A DNA stretch of 32,000 bases from Paracoccus suum (lineage in GTDB: Bacteria > Pseudomonadota > Alphaproteobacteria > Rhodobacterales > Rhodobacteraceae), in the NCBI RefSeq assembly GCF_003324675.1, contig NZ_CP030918.1, positions 2,220,001 to 2,252,000 of the forward strand. Reading direction: 5' to 3'. How positions within the stretch are numbered: position 1 is the first letter of the stretch; every line of letters begins with the position of its first letter. The position numbers were made by a program, and so were the translations under genes. Below are positions 1 to 7,959 of the stretch, piece by piece. The notes below the pieces were generated by a model. It saw only the letters and a program-made list of their open reading frames with translations, ran no database searches and was not told where the DNA came from.

Positions 1-444
1 GTTCCAGGTGATGTACATCTCTGGCGCGTGCATCACGATCATCCCCAGGTTCACCGCCGCCAGCCGCAGGTGCTGCTGGCCGGCAGCGGTCCCCGTCGCG
101 CCCCCGGTCGCGCCGATGATGCCAACCGGCTTTCGCGTAAAGGAGCTTTGGCCCGACGGCCGGCTGCCCCAGTCAAATGTGTTGGCGAGAATCCCCGGAT
201 AGCCGCGGTTGTATTCAGGCGAAACGATGAGGACGCCATCCGCGGCCTCGATCTGGCGCTTCATCCGCGTCACCGGGGCGGGCACCTCCGCCCACAGATC
301 CTCGTTGTAGAGCGGCAGATCGCCGATCTCGACATTCTCGAATGTCAGCTTGTCCCCACCCAGTCCCTCAAGCGCATGGGCGAGCTTGCGATTGATCGAC
401 CCACTTCTGAGCGAACCCACTAAAACGGCGACGTTTTTAGGCAT
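1..444 (-). CDS. NADPH-dependent FMN reductase family protein (ChrR/YieF-like); C-terminus lies beyond the window edge
   Basis: Absent from the ORF track because it runs off the window. Hand translation of the reverse strand from ATG (complement of 442-444) gives MPKNVAVLVGSLRSGSINRKLAHALEGL...GVLIVSPEYNRGYPGILANTFDWGSRP...KPVGIIGATGG. This is the typical flavodoxin-like FMN_red pattern, and the frame stays open to base 1. Confidence 0.7.
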   Translation of the reverse strand, partial: MPKNVAVLVGSLRSGSINRKLAHALEGLGGDKLTFENVEIGDLPLYNEDLWAEVPAPVTRMKRQIEAADGVLIVSPEYNRGYPGILANTFDWGSRPSGQSSFTRKPVGIIGATGGATGTAAGQQHLRLAAVNLGMIVMHAPEMYITWN

Positions 445-548
445 TGGCCCTCTTTCCGATAGCATACCGGGCATAACCGGGCGTTGCCGGCAGGGTTCCC
501 GGGGGTTAGGAAACGAAAGAGGAACAACCGGAAAGAAGGACGGTTTGC

Positions 549-2024
549 ATGACGTTGGATGCGCCCATGATTGCAATCGTTCTGCTGCTCGCGGTGCTGG
601 GCCTGCTTCTGTTCTTTTGGCGCGGCGCGGTTGGAACGGCCGCCCGGGCAAGGCTTGAGGCCGAGGCGCGTTTGCGTGCGGCCGAGGAACGGCTGGCGGC
701 GGCGCGCGAGGGGCTGGAAGTGGCGGCAAACACGCAGCGCGGGTTGGAGGCGCGGCTCGCCGATGTGTCCGATGCACGCGAGGTGCAGGCCCTGCGCGCC
801 GCCGCGGCGGAAACGCGGGCCGAGTCGCTTGCTGGGCAACTGGCCGACCGAGCGGCCGAGCGCGACAGCCTTGCGGGCCAGTTGCGCAGTGAGCGCGACG
901 CCGCCAACGACCTGCGGCAGCAGCTGGGAGAGGCCCGCCTTGCCGCGCAGAAAGACGCTGAGGCCATGGCGCGTGAGATCGCAACCCTGCGCGGCCTGCG
1001 TCAGGAGATGACGGACCAGTTCCGTCTGCTGGCCGACGAGACGCTGAAGTCGACGGGGACGGCGCTGCACGAACGCCATGCAGAGCAACTCTCGGCCCTT
1101 TTGACCCCCTTTCGCGATCAGGTCGCGACCTTTCAGACGGAACTTCAGAACCGCGAGGATCAATCCAACCGCGAACGCGCGCGCCTGGGCGAGCAGATCC
1201 GCCTGCTGCACGAGCGCTCGGAACAGATCAGCGTCGAGGCGGTGGCCCTGACCCGCGCATTGAAGGGCGAAAAGCAGCGCCAGGGCGCCTGGGGCGAGAT
1301 GATCCTTGCCCGCCTGCTGGAGGATTCCGGGCTGGATGCGGGGGTTCACTACCTGACCCAAGAATCCCGGCGGGACGAGGAAGGCAAGCTGTGGCGCCCG
1401 GACGTGATCGTGCGGCTGCCGCAAAAGAAGGTGCTGGTCGTCGACAGCAAGGTCTCGCTGAACGCTTACGCCGAGGCGACCGAGGCTGAGGATCCGCTGA
1501 TGCGTGCCGCCGCCCTGAAGCGCCATGTCGCAGCCGTGCGCACGCATGTGCAGACCCTGTCCGACAAGGGCTACGAGCGCCTGGACGAGGGCTCGGTCGA
1601 CTACGTCATGATGTTCATGCCGATCGAGGGTGCCTATGCCGAGGCGGTCCGCGCCGACGGCGATCTGGTCAGCTGGGCAATGCAGCGCCGGGTTGCGGTC
1701 ATGACGCCCGCGACGCTGATGCTGGCGCTGCGGATCGTCGATCACATCTGGACGGTGGAGCGCCGGGAAAGCAACGCCGCCGCCATCGCCGACCGGGCCG
1801 GCGCGCTCTACGACAAGTTCGCGCTGTTCATAAAGTCAATGAATGACGTCGGGACAGCATTGTCGCGCGCCCACGAGGCCCATGGCATCGCCATGGGCCG
1901 GCTGACCTCCGGGCCCGGGAACATCACCGGGCAGATCGAGAAGCTGCGTCTGCTGGGGGCCCGTGCCAAGCAGCGCATCGGCATCGAGTTTGACGGCGGG
2001 GACGACGAGGACGAGCAGAGTTGA
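549..2024 (+). CDS. rmuC: DNA recombination protein RmuC
   Basis: 491-aa ORF with an N-terminal TM helix (IAIVLLLAVLGLLLFFW) and a long Ala/Glu/Arg coiled coil. The conserved RmuC C-terminal nuclease-like region follows (WGEMILARLLEDSGL...PDVIVRLPQKKVLVVDSKVSL...YVMMFMPIEGAY). ATG at 549 has an upstream GAAGGA. Confidence 0.9.
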   Translation: MTLDAPMIAIVLLLAVLGLLLFFWRGAVGTAARARLEAEARLRAAEERLAAAREGLEVAANTQRGLEARLADVSDAREVQALRAAAAETRAESLAGQLADRAAERDSLAGQLRSERDAANDLRQQLGEARLAAQKDAEAMAREIATLRGLRQEMTDQFRLLADETLKSTGTALHERHAEQLSALLTPFRDQVATFQTELQNREDQSNRERARLGEQIRLLHERSEQISVEAVALTRALKGEKQRQGAWGEMILARLLEDSGLDAGVHYLTQESRRDEEGKLWRPDVIVRLPQKKVLVVDSKVSLNAYAEATEAEDPLMRAAALKRHVAAVRTHVQTLSDKGYERLDEGSVDYVMMFMPIEGAYAEAVRADGDLVSWAMQRRVAVMTPATLMLALRIVDHIWTVERRESNAAAIADRAGALYDKFALFIKSMNDVGTALSRAHEAHGIAMGRLTSGPGNITGQIEKLRLLGARAKQRIGIEFDGGDDEDEQS

Positions 2025-2303
2025 TTCGCCACTCCAGCTTATGGTTGAATTCGATATCTGCTTTCGCCTTATTGATTTCATCCGGTAGATGAAATTCCTT
2101 TCTCGACCTACAATCCTCGCCGTAAATCCTGATACAATTTATATTGGAATTTTCACGTTCCATTAACTATTGTTAACGGGCTAATTGACTGATTTGCGCA
2201 CTTGCCGACCTTATGAGCTCGCCGCGCTGATCCGGTTGATCAGGCGGCGGCGCCAATCGACCGCGCGCCACCCCTGCGGTCGAAAGTCAGGGAGCGTAAA
2301 TAA

Positions 2304-2870
2304 ATGGCAAATGCCTTCAGAATCGCTGCGATGTCGAACGAAGGCTCGGTCGAAATCGGCACGCCCGGCGACGACTTGATCTGGGGAAGCACCCAGGATG
2401 ATCTTCTGCGCGGCTACAACGGCGATGACTACATCTTCGGGGATAACGGCAACGACGTCCTCACCGGCGGCAGCGGCAATGATTTCCTCGACGGCTGGAA
2501 CGGTGCCGACCTCCTCCGCGGCGGCAACGGCAACGACGTTCTGCTCGGCTGGGAAGGCCGCGACACCCTCTTCGGGGGGCAAGGCAATGACCAGCTGGCG
2601 GGCGAGAATGGCGATGACATGCTGTACGGGAACGCCGGCAGGGATACCTTCTGGTTCGATGATGCGTGCGAGACGACCGATGCAGACAAGGTCATGGACT
2701 TCCAGGACGGCAAGGACCTGATCGGAGTCAGTTACGGCGCCGACGTGGACGCCATCCTGAACAGCGCGGTAACCACCGAGGACGGCCTGATGCTGACCCT
2801 TGACGGGGACAGCACCGTCCTTCTGTGGCACTTCAACGGAGCTCTGTCCTCGGCAGACTTTACCATGTGA
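2304..2870 (+). CDS. RTX-type calcium-binding repeat protein, probable type I secretion substrate
   Basis: 188 aa with about 9 consecutive nonapeptide repeats of the GGxGxDxUx type (GDNGNDVLTGGSGNDFLDGWNGADLLRGGNGNDVLLG...GGQGNDQLAGENGDDMLYGNAGRDTFWF). The repeats are followed by a D-x-V-x-DF-x-x-G-x-D-x-I tail typical of T1SS C-terminal target domains. SD AGGGAG lies before the ATG. Confidence 0.85.
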   Translation: MANAFRIAAMSNEGSVEIGTPGDDLIWGSTQDDLLRGYNGDDYIFGDNGNDVLTGGSGNDFLDGWNGADLLRGGNGNDVLLGWEGRDTLFGGQGNDQLAGENGDDMLYGNAGRDTFWFDDACETTDADKVMDFQDGKDLIGVSYGADVDAILNSAVTTEDGLMLTLDGDSTVLLWHFNGALSSADFTM

Positions 2871-2874
2871 GGAA

Positions 2875-2906
2875 AATGGGGCGGCGGCGGCCGCCCCATT
2901 CAATTT
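2875..2906 (+). terminator. Rho-independent terminator candidate after the RTX gene
   Basis: Perfect 10-bp stem aatggggcgg / ccgccccatt (2875-2884 / 2891-2900) with a 6-nt loop, followed by caattt. The U tract is weak. Confidence 0.55.
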
Positions 2907-3195
2907 GAGGGTTCTGACCCCGGAGCCGAAAGTTATTTGTTATTTCAGAGTATTCTGAGACAGGCCGCTTGCCGCCCGAGGGTTGCGCAATTTCGTGTCT
3001 GATACTTGCGCCTGGGTCTTTTCAAAGCACTGCGTCTAACGGTGAAATCCGGGGTCAGTTCTTCAGATAAAGAGTCGGGCGCAACCCGGCTCAAATTCAA
3101 GCCCTAATTCGGGCGCCCCCCCTTGGCACACGAAGCGTGAAAACCGCCGAGAGCTACAGCTATCGCGGGTGTTTCAAATCAAATGAATGTAAATT

Positions 3196-3279
3196 TGGTA
3201 GGGGCGGCCGGGATCGAACCGGCACTCCTTGCGGAAGCAGAGTTTGAGTCTACCGCGTCTACCATTTCGCCACGCCCCC
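3196..3279 (-). tRNA. tRNA-Leu (anticodon CAA), type II with long variable arm and encoded CCA
   Basis: The reverse complement reads GGGGGCG TG GCGAAATGGTAGACGC G GTAGA CTCAAAC TCTGC TTCCGCAAGGAGT GCCGG TTCGATC CCGGC CGCCCCT ACCA. It has a 7-bp acceptor stem (G1-U72 wobble), the T-loop TTCGATC, and anticodon loop CTCAAAC giving CAA. Confidence 0.9.
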
Positions 3280-3583
3280 AGCACGGCGCCGATGATCAGC
3301 GATCTTCGACAGTGCTGCGCTCCCGCTACCGGCAAATCCGCATCGACGCAAGGTTTTCGTCATGCCGGAGGCGGCGGAACTCCGCGGCGCCGTGGCCATC
3401 ATGCAGCTTTGATAGTCGACGAGTGGGCTGCCCCCGCACCTAAGGTTCGGCTAGAATCTTGGCGGACAATTGTGGGACCCCGGGCAGAGCTTCGGACCGC
3501 TGTCGCTGTGCCGCAGGCTCACGCCCGTCATATGCTTTCGGCGCCAGGACTGCAGAGCGGGTATTTGGGTCGCCAACCCTTCG

Positions 3584-4306
3584 CTAGTAGCTGCGGATCA
3601 GACCCACCAACCTGCCCTGAATCTTGACCTTGTCCTCGCCGAGGATCCGCGTCTCGTAGGCGGGGTTCGCAGCTTCAAGGGCAATCATGTTTCCCTTGCG
3701 GCGATAGCGCTTGAGGGTGGCCTCGTTGCTCTCGACCAAGGCGACCACAATGTCGCCGTTATCGGCCGTAGTCTGCTCGCGGATGACCACAACGTCGCCG
3801 TCGTTGATGCCTGCTTCGATCATCGAGTCGCCCTTCACCTCGAGGGCATAGTGATGCGTCCGACCGGAGATCATGGTCCCCGGCACGGCGATATGGTGCG
3901 AGACCTCGCTGATCGCCTCGATGGGGACACCCGCCGCAATCCGGCCCATGACGGGCAGATCGACCGAGGACGATACGACCGGCATGGCGTTGCGTGGCGG
4001 TGGCCGGCGATCGCCTTCGATCACCTCGGGGCGGAAAGCAGAGGCCGCATCCGGCCCGGCGATGGTGCCGGGGGGCACGCGGCCGCCGATACTGTCAGGC
4101 AGGCGGACAATTTCGAGAGCGCGCGCCCGGTGCGGAAGGCGGCGGATGAAGCCGCGCTCCTCAAGCGCGGTCACCAGTCGATGGATGCCGGACTTGGAGC
4201 GCAGGTCGAGCGCCTCTTTCATCTCGTCAAACGAGGGAGGAACGCCGTCACGAGCCATCCGGGACTGGATGAAAGTGAGCAACTCAACTTGTTTTTTCGT
4301 CAGCAT
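3584..4306 (-). CDS. lexA: LexA repressor (SOS regulator, S24 autopeptidase)
   Basis: 240 aa. The N-terminus is [65 protein letters not shown] (winged HTH). The C-terminal S24 domain reads [13 protein letters not shown]...[23 protein letters not shown]...ATLKRY. Confidence 0.95.
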   Translation of the reverse strand: MLTKKQVELLTFIQSRMARDGVPPSFDEMKEALDLRSKSGIHRLVTALEERGFIRRLPHRARALEIVRLPDSIGGRVPPGTIAGPDAASAFRPEVIEGDRRPPPRNAMPVVSSSVDLPVMGRIAAGVPIEAISEVSHHIAVPGTMISGRTHHYALEVKGDSMIEAGINDGDVVVIREQTTADNGDIVVALVESNEATLKRYRRKGNMIALEAANPAYETRILGEDKVKIQGRLVGLIRSY

Positions 4307-4328
4307 GGCATCCCTCGGCCCCGCCTGT

Positions 4329-4343
4329 GTTCGGGGATTGTTC
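4329..4343 (-). promoter_or_regulatory. Alphaproteobacterial SOS box (GTTC-N7-GTTC; GAAC-N7-GAAC on the lexA strand)
   Basis: gttcggggattgttc lies 23-37 nt upstream of the lexA ATG. It exactly matches the direct-repeat LexA operator described for Rhodobacter/Rhizobium-type alphaproteobacteria and overlaps the predicted -10. Confidence 0.8.
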
Positions 4344-4368
4344 TACCCTTGCGGGGGTCCTTCGTCAA
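4340..4368 (-). promoter_or_regulatory. Putative lexA promoter (TTGACG-17 nt-TAGAAC)
   Basis: On the minus strand TTGACG (complement of 4363-4368), a 17-nt spacer, then TAGAAC (complement of 4340-4345). The -35 lies inside a perfect GTCAAC-GAG-GTTGAC palindrome (4364-4378). Found by eye only. Confidence 0.45.
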
Positions 4369-4398
4369 CGAGGTTGACCGATTCGCGTAAATATCGGG

Positions 4399-5058
4399 TT
4401 AACCGCCGATCCAGGTGAAGCGCGGCTCGGCGTCGCGGTTGTCAAAGAATGGCACGCTTGAGGGCTGCACCAGGGCATCCGCCCCTGCCATGGGGATCAA
4501 GGATGCGACTTGAGCCAAAACGACTTCCGTGATGAACGGCAGGTCGAGCCGAGGCGCTTCGTCAAGCCGAACCCAGTGCAGGTGCGAAAGCTCGTCACAG
4601 GCAGCTGAAAAATCATCGGGATCCGCCGTCAGATCACGGGCGTCCGCGAGCAGGAAGCGGGCGTCGAACCGGCGCGGTCGGCCGGGCGGAGTGACGGCCC
4701 GAAAAAAGAAGTGAAGCCTCGAGTTCGATGACAACTTCAGCCCCGTTTCCTCGGCCAGCTCGCGCCTTGCGCAGGTCAGGATCGCATCCGCCGGACAGTC
4801 GCTATCGATTGCGAGGGGACCGGAATTGGTGGATGCCCTGGCAAAATCCTCCGGATCAACCGCGCCGCCGGGGAAGACATATTTCGATGCCATGAAGGCG
4901 GCTTTCGCGCCGCGCATGCCCATCAGGACCCGCGTGGGTCCGTCACGGCGAACCAGAACGACGCTGGCGGCGTCGCGGATCGGAGGAGCCGGATCAGTCA
5001 GCGCGGGCCTCGCCGGAGCCGAAGCCGTGCATCCGGCGCGCCCACTGCATGCCCACAA
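4399..5058 (-). CDS. NUDIX hydrolase
   Basis: NUDIX box visible (YVFPGGAVDPEDF...CARRELAEETGLKL). The track start is a TTG that overlaps the upstream gene by 65 nt, so the true start is uncertain and could be internal. Confidence 0.75.
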   Translation of the reverse strand: MWACSGRAGCTASAPARPALTDPAPPIRDAASVVLVRRDGPTRVLMGMRGAKAAFMASKYVFPGGAVDPEDFARASTNSGPLAIDSDCPADAILTCARRELAEETGLKLSSNSRLHFFFRAVTPPGRPRRFDARFLLADARDLTADPDDFSAACDELSHLHWVRLDEAPRLDLPFITEVVLAQVASLIPMAGADALVQPSSVPFFDNRDAEPRFTWIGG

Positions 5059-5413
5059 GCGCGCCCTTGATGACCGGCAGTAGCGCCAGCGACATCACAA
5101 CGGCGGCCCCCAGGAACCCGATCAGCATGTAGGACACGCTCGGCCGCCAGGTAATAAAGACCGCCATCAGCACCGGGGTCAGCAGGTGCGACACGATCAA
5201 GATCGTGAGGTAGGCCGGTCCGTCGTCTGCTCGCTGGTGGTGCAGCGGTTCGCCGCAGGAAGGGCATTCGTCGCGGACCTTGAGATATCCTTGAAAGAGC
5301 CGGCCCTCGCCGCAGGCAGGGCAGCGACCCAGCGCGCCACGACGCATGGCAAGACCAGTGATGCGGTCATTAACGATCGCAGGCTGCACGACTTCGATCT
5401 GGCTCAGGGACAT
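4994..5413 (-). CDS. DUF983 family zinc-ribbon membrane protein
   Basis: GRCPACGEGRLFQGYLKVRDECPSCGEPLHHQRADDGPAYLTILIVSHLL plus two TM helices is the DUF983 pattern. Start re-picked at ATG (complement of 5411-5413, MSLSQIEVV) rather than the longest-ORF start at 5512. Confidence 0.8.
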   Translation of the reverse strand: MSLSQIEVVQPAIVNDRITGLAMRRGALGRCPACGEGRLFQGYLKVRDECPSCGEPLHHQRADDGPAYLTILIVSHLLTPVLMAVFITWRPSVSYMLIGFLGAAVVMSLALLPVIKGALVGMQWARRMHGFGSGEARAD

Positions 5414-5508
5414 CGGACCAATTTCGGTTGGGGCGACCCGGCTGGCCGCACCCGCGTCAGATAGCGCAGGCAGGGAAAATTTTCCATGCCGGATTGCGTG
5501 ACATGCGA

Positions 5509-6930
5509 TCAAACGCCGCAGAATGCGTCAGGCTGCGACCACAAGGGGGCAGCGACCACGCGGTTGCGTCCCATGCTCTTGGCACCAAGCAGCGCCCGGT
5601 CTGCGCGCAGCATGATGATGTTGGCCAGTTCGCCCTGCATCCCGCGGGCAAGGCCGATCGAGGCGGTCACGGCGATCTGGCCGCCGCCAAGAATGGCTGG
5701 CAGTTCGACCGGCGCAGCGGCAACGCACCGGCGCAGACCATCGGCGGCTGCCTCGGCGCCGCCGGGTAGGAGGTTTGGTATGGCGATCAGAAACTCCTCG
5801 CCGCCGATCCGGGCGAGCAAGGCGGAAGGGGGAAGCACATGCGCGAGGCGGCACGCAACTTCGGTCAGGACGGTGTCGCCGGCGGCATGGCCGTAGGTAT
5901 CGTTGATGGCCTTGAAGCAGTCGAGATCGACGACCATCACCGCCAGTTCGCCGCGCTCGGCCTCCGCTGCCATCGCTTCGAGGCGCGGCATGGCGAAGCG
6001 GCGATTGTGAAGGCCAGTCAGTGGGTCGGTGACCGCCCAGTGCCGTTCCGCCTCAGCGGCGAGGCGGCGGTGGTCGGCTGCCCGCTTGCGCTTGAGTTGC
6101 GCGGTGATGCGCAACGCGGCCTCCTCGGCGACCGGACGGTCGCGCAGGGACATGGGCAGTACGTCTCCCGCGCCGAGGTCGAGCGCGACCGGGGCCAACG
6201 CGGCCCGCTCGTCACTGAGCGCAATGATGAAGGCCGCGCCGCGAGAGGAAGGCCTGGCGCGCAATTCGGACAACAGCCGCAGGCCATCGCCGGGCAGGGC
6301 GAGGTCGGCGGCGATCAGATAGACATCGCCCGGGCGGCCGGCTGCGGCATCGTTCAAGGCGCGCTCGGCCGAACTTGCCTCGATAGAGAACGGACCGTGT
6401 CCGCCAAGCGCCTGCTTCCAGCCGATGACCGTGGCGCCATCAGGGGCGACCAGGACCAGCCGGCCTTTCGGCGAGGGCGCGGGGGCAAAGCTTGCCGGCG
6501 CCTCTGCGAGACCGAGCGCCGCGAATGCGTCTGGCACCGTTGGTGTGTCCGGGCCGGCAAGGGGCCGGCCGCCACCGGCCATCAGGTTTCGAATCCGGGC
6601 GAGCAGCAAAAATTCGTCGACCGGACGCTCTAACACCGCGTCTGCGCCGGCACGCACGGCTGGGAGGCGACCCGAGGCATCGCAAAGGGCAATGACCGGG
6701 ATTGCGCGGGTCAGGGGATCGGCCGCCAGGCGCCGGAAAAGCTCGATCGCGCCTCCGCCGGGTAGTGCATCGTCGACCAGGAGCAGATCCGGAACCTGGG
6801 CCCGCGCCCCCGCCAGCGCCGTGTCGACGTCGGTGGCCACGCAAGTATCATAGCAGGCCGCGGACAGCTTGACCTTCAGCGCGATCCGATTCCTGGATAC
6901 AGCATCGGCGATGAGAATTGTGCCTGACAT
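5509..6930 (-). CDS. PleD-like response regulator diguanylate cyclase (REC-REC-GGDEF)
   Basis: The N-terminus aligns by eye with Caulobacter PleD (ILIADAVSRNRIALKVKLSAACYD...PDLLLVDDALPG...DPLTRAIPVIAL...ERPVDEFLLLARIRNL). A second degenerate REC follows, then GGDEF (DPLTGLHNRR...MVVDLDCFKAINDTYGHAAGD...RIGGEEFLIAIP). Confidence 0.85.
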   Translation of the reverse strand: MSGTILIADAVSRNRIALKVKLSAACYDTCVATDVDTALAGARAQVPDLLLVDDALPGGGAIELFRRLAADPLTRAIPVIALCDASGRLPAVRAGADAVLERPVDEFLLLARIRNLMAGGGRPLAGPDTPTVPDAFAALGLAEAPASFAPAPSPKGRLVLVAPDGATVIGWKQALGGHGPFSIEASSAERALNDAAAGRPGDVYLIAADLALPGDGLRLLSELRARPSSRGAAFIIALSDERAALAPVALDLGAGDVLPMSLRDRPVAEEAALRITAQLKRKRAADHRRLAAEAERHWAVTDPLTGLHNRRFAMPRLEAMAAEAERGELAVMVVDLDCFKAINDTYGHAAGDTVLTEVACRLAHVLPPSALLARIGGEEFLIAIPNLLPGGAEAAADGLRRCVAAAPVELPAILGGGQIAVTASIGLARGMQGELANIIMLRADRALLGAKSMGRNRVVAAPLWSQPDAFCGV

Positions 6931-7044
6931 TGGGGTCTCGTACCTTGAACAGGTCTCGTGTCTTGGGGTCAGACTGCGCCCAAGTCGTTAACAAATCGTT
7001 TCCCGCCCGCGGCGTAGTGCCCGGGACTGGGCGAAAGGCCGCCG

Positions 7045-7320
7045 ATGACCCCCCTCGCTGCGCGCGAACTTGCTGACGATGCTCTGCATTTTGTTGCCAC
7101 CGATCCTGACCTCGCCGCTGCTCTTCTGGCGGCGTCTGGGGCCGAGGCGGGTGGGCTTAGAAAAATGGCTGTAGAGCCTGAATTTGCCCTGTTCTTGCTT
7201 GACTTCCTGCTCGAAAACGACGCCCGCGTTGTTGATTTTGCAACCGCGGCGGGCGTGAAACCAACGGAAGTCATGGCGGCGCGCCAAGCGCTTAGCGGGC
7301 CCGAGGACGGCTGGGATTGA
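7045..7320 (+). CDS. Small conserved protein, DUF3572-like
   Basis: 91 aa (ALHFVATDPDLAAALLAASGAEAGGLRKMAVEPEFALFLLDFLLENDARVVDFA) resembles DUF3572 proteins of alphaproteobacteria as I recall them. GC3 is coding-like. Confidence 0.55.
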   Translation: MTPLAARELADDALHFVATDPDLAAALLAASGAEAGGLRKMAVEPEFALFLLDFLLENDARVVDFATAAGVKPTEVMAARQALSGPEDGWD

Positions 7321-7377
7321 GGTTTTCTTAACCCAAGGGTGCTAGCGCTGGGCCAAGGACAGCTCCAGGGCACACAA

Positions 7378-7959
7378 ATGCACGGTCTCATCAACCGCTC
7401 GATCGAAAGCTTTCTGCGCGACAGCTATGGAGAGGCTGCGTGGAACAGTGTTGCCGATGCACTGGGGATCGAGCGCGAGGGCTTCGAGCCCTTTCGGCGC
7501 TATCCTGACGCGGACACCCATTGCCTCGTCGCGATCGGCGCTCGGGTCTTGGCAAAGCCCGAGGCCGAGTTCCTGGAGGATGTCGGAGCGTGGCTCGCCC
7601 GGATAGAGCCGGCGCGACGATTGCTTCGCTTTTCTGGCGCGGATTTTGCCGATTTCGTCCTCGCGCTGGAGGAGTTGCCGGGTCGCGCCCATCTGGTGTT
7701 GCCCGATCTCGACATGCCGAGGATCAGCGTGCTGGTGCAGGGTGAGGCGCAGTTCTGTGTCGCCGTCACCCATTCCTTCCCGGAGTGGCGCTGCGTCCTG
7801 GCGGGCGTCTTGCGCGCCATGTCGGATGAGTATGGCGCCCTCGCGCTCATCGTGGATGAGGGGGCCTATATCAGTGTCGACGTCTCTGACGACAGCTTCG
7901 GCGCGGCGCGCGACTTTGACCTCGGCGCGGGGCCGCGCGCGCACAGGGAGGCGATCTGA
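7378..7959 (+). CDS. H-NOX (heme NO/O2-binding, HNOB) domain protein
   Basis: Start re-picked at ATG 7378. MHGLINRSIESFLRDSYGEAAWNSVADALG is the characteristic H-NOX N-terminus, and a His falls at position 105 (PGRAHLVL). The stop overlaps the next ATG (TGATG at 7957-7961). Confidence 0.8.
   Translation: MHGLINRSIESFLRDSYGEAAWNSVADALGIEREGFEPFRRYPDADTHCLVAIGARVLAKPEAEFLEDVGAWLARIEPARRLLRFSGADFADFVLALEELPGRAHLVLPDLDMPRISVLVQGEAQFCVAVTHSFPEWRCVLAGVLRAMSDEYGALALIVDEGAYISVDVSDDSFGAARDFDLGAGPRAHREAI

Noticed and set aside
420-1745. 441-aa ORF antisense to rmuC
   Set aside because: It is Arg/Gly/Leu/Gln-rich with no recognisable motifs. It lies fully opposite a clearly recognisable rmuC and is a typical high-GC shadow frame.
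2163-2176. TTAACTATTGTTAA upstream of the RTX gene, resembling a full CtrA box
   Set aside because: The spacing is TTAA-N6-TTAA, whereas the CtrA consensus is TTAA-N7-TTAA. It lies in AT-rich DNA where TTAA is expected by chance.
2914-3058. 11-bp inverted repeat CTGACCCCGGA / TCCGGGGTCAG spaced about 125 nt apart, suggesting a possible MITE or structured RNA
   Set aside because: A rough expectation is about one such short-range 11-mer inverted repeat per 32 kb by chance, and more with GC bias. There are no target-site duplication, second copy in the window or supporting internal structure.
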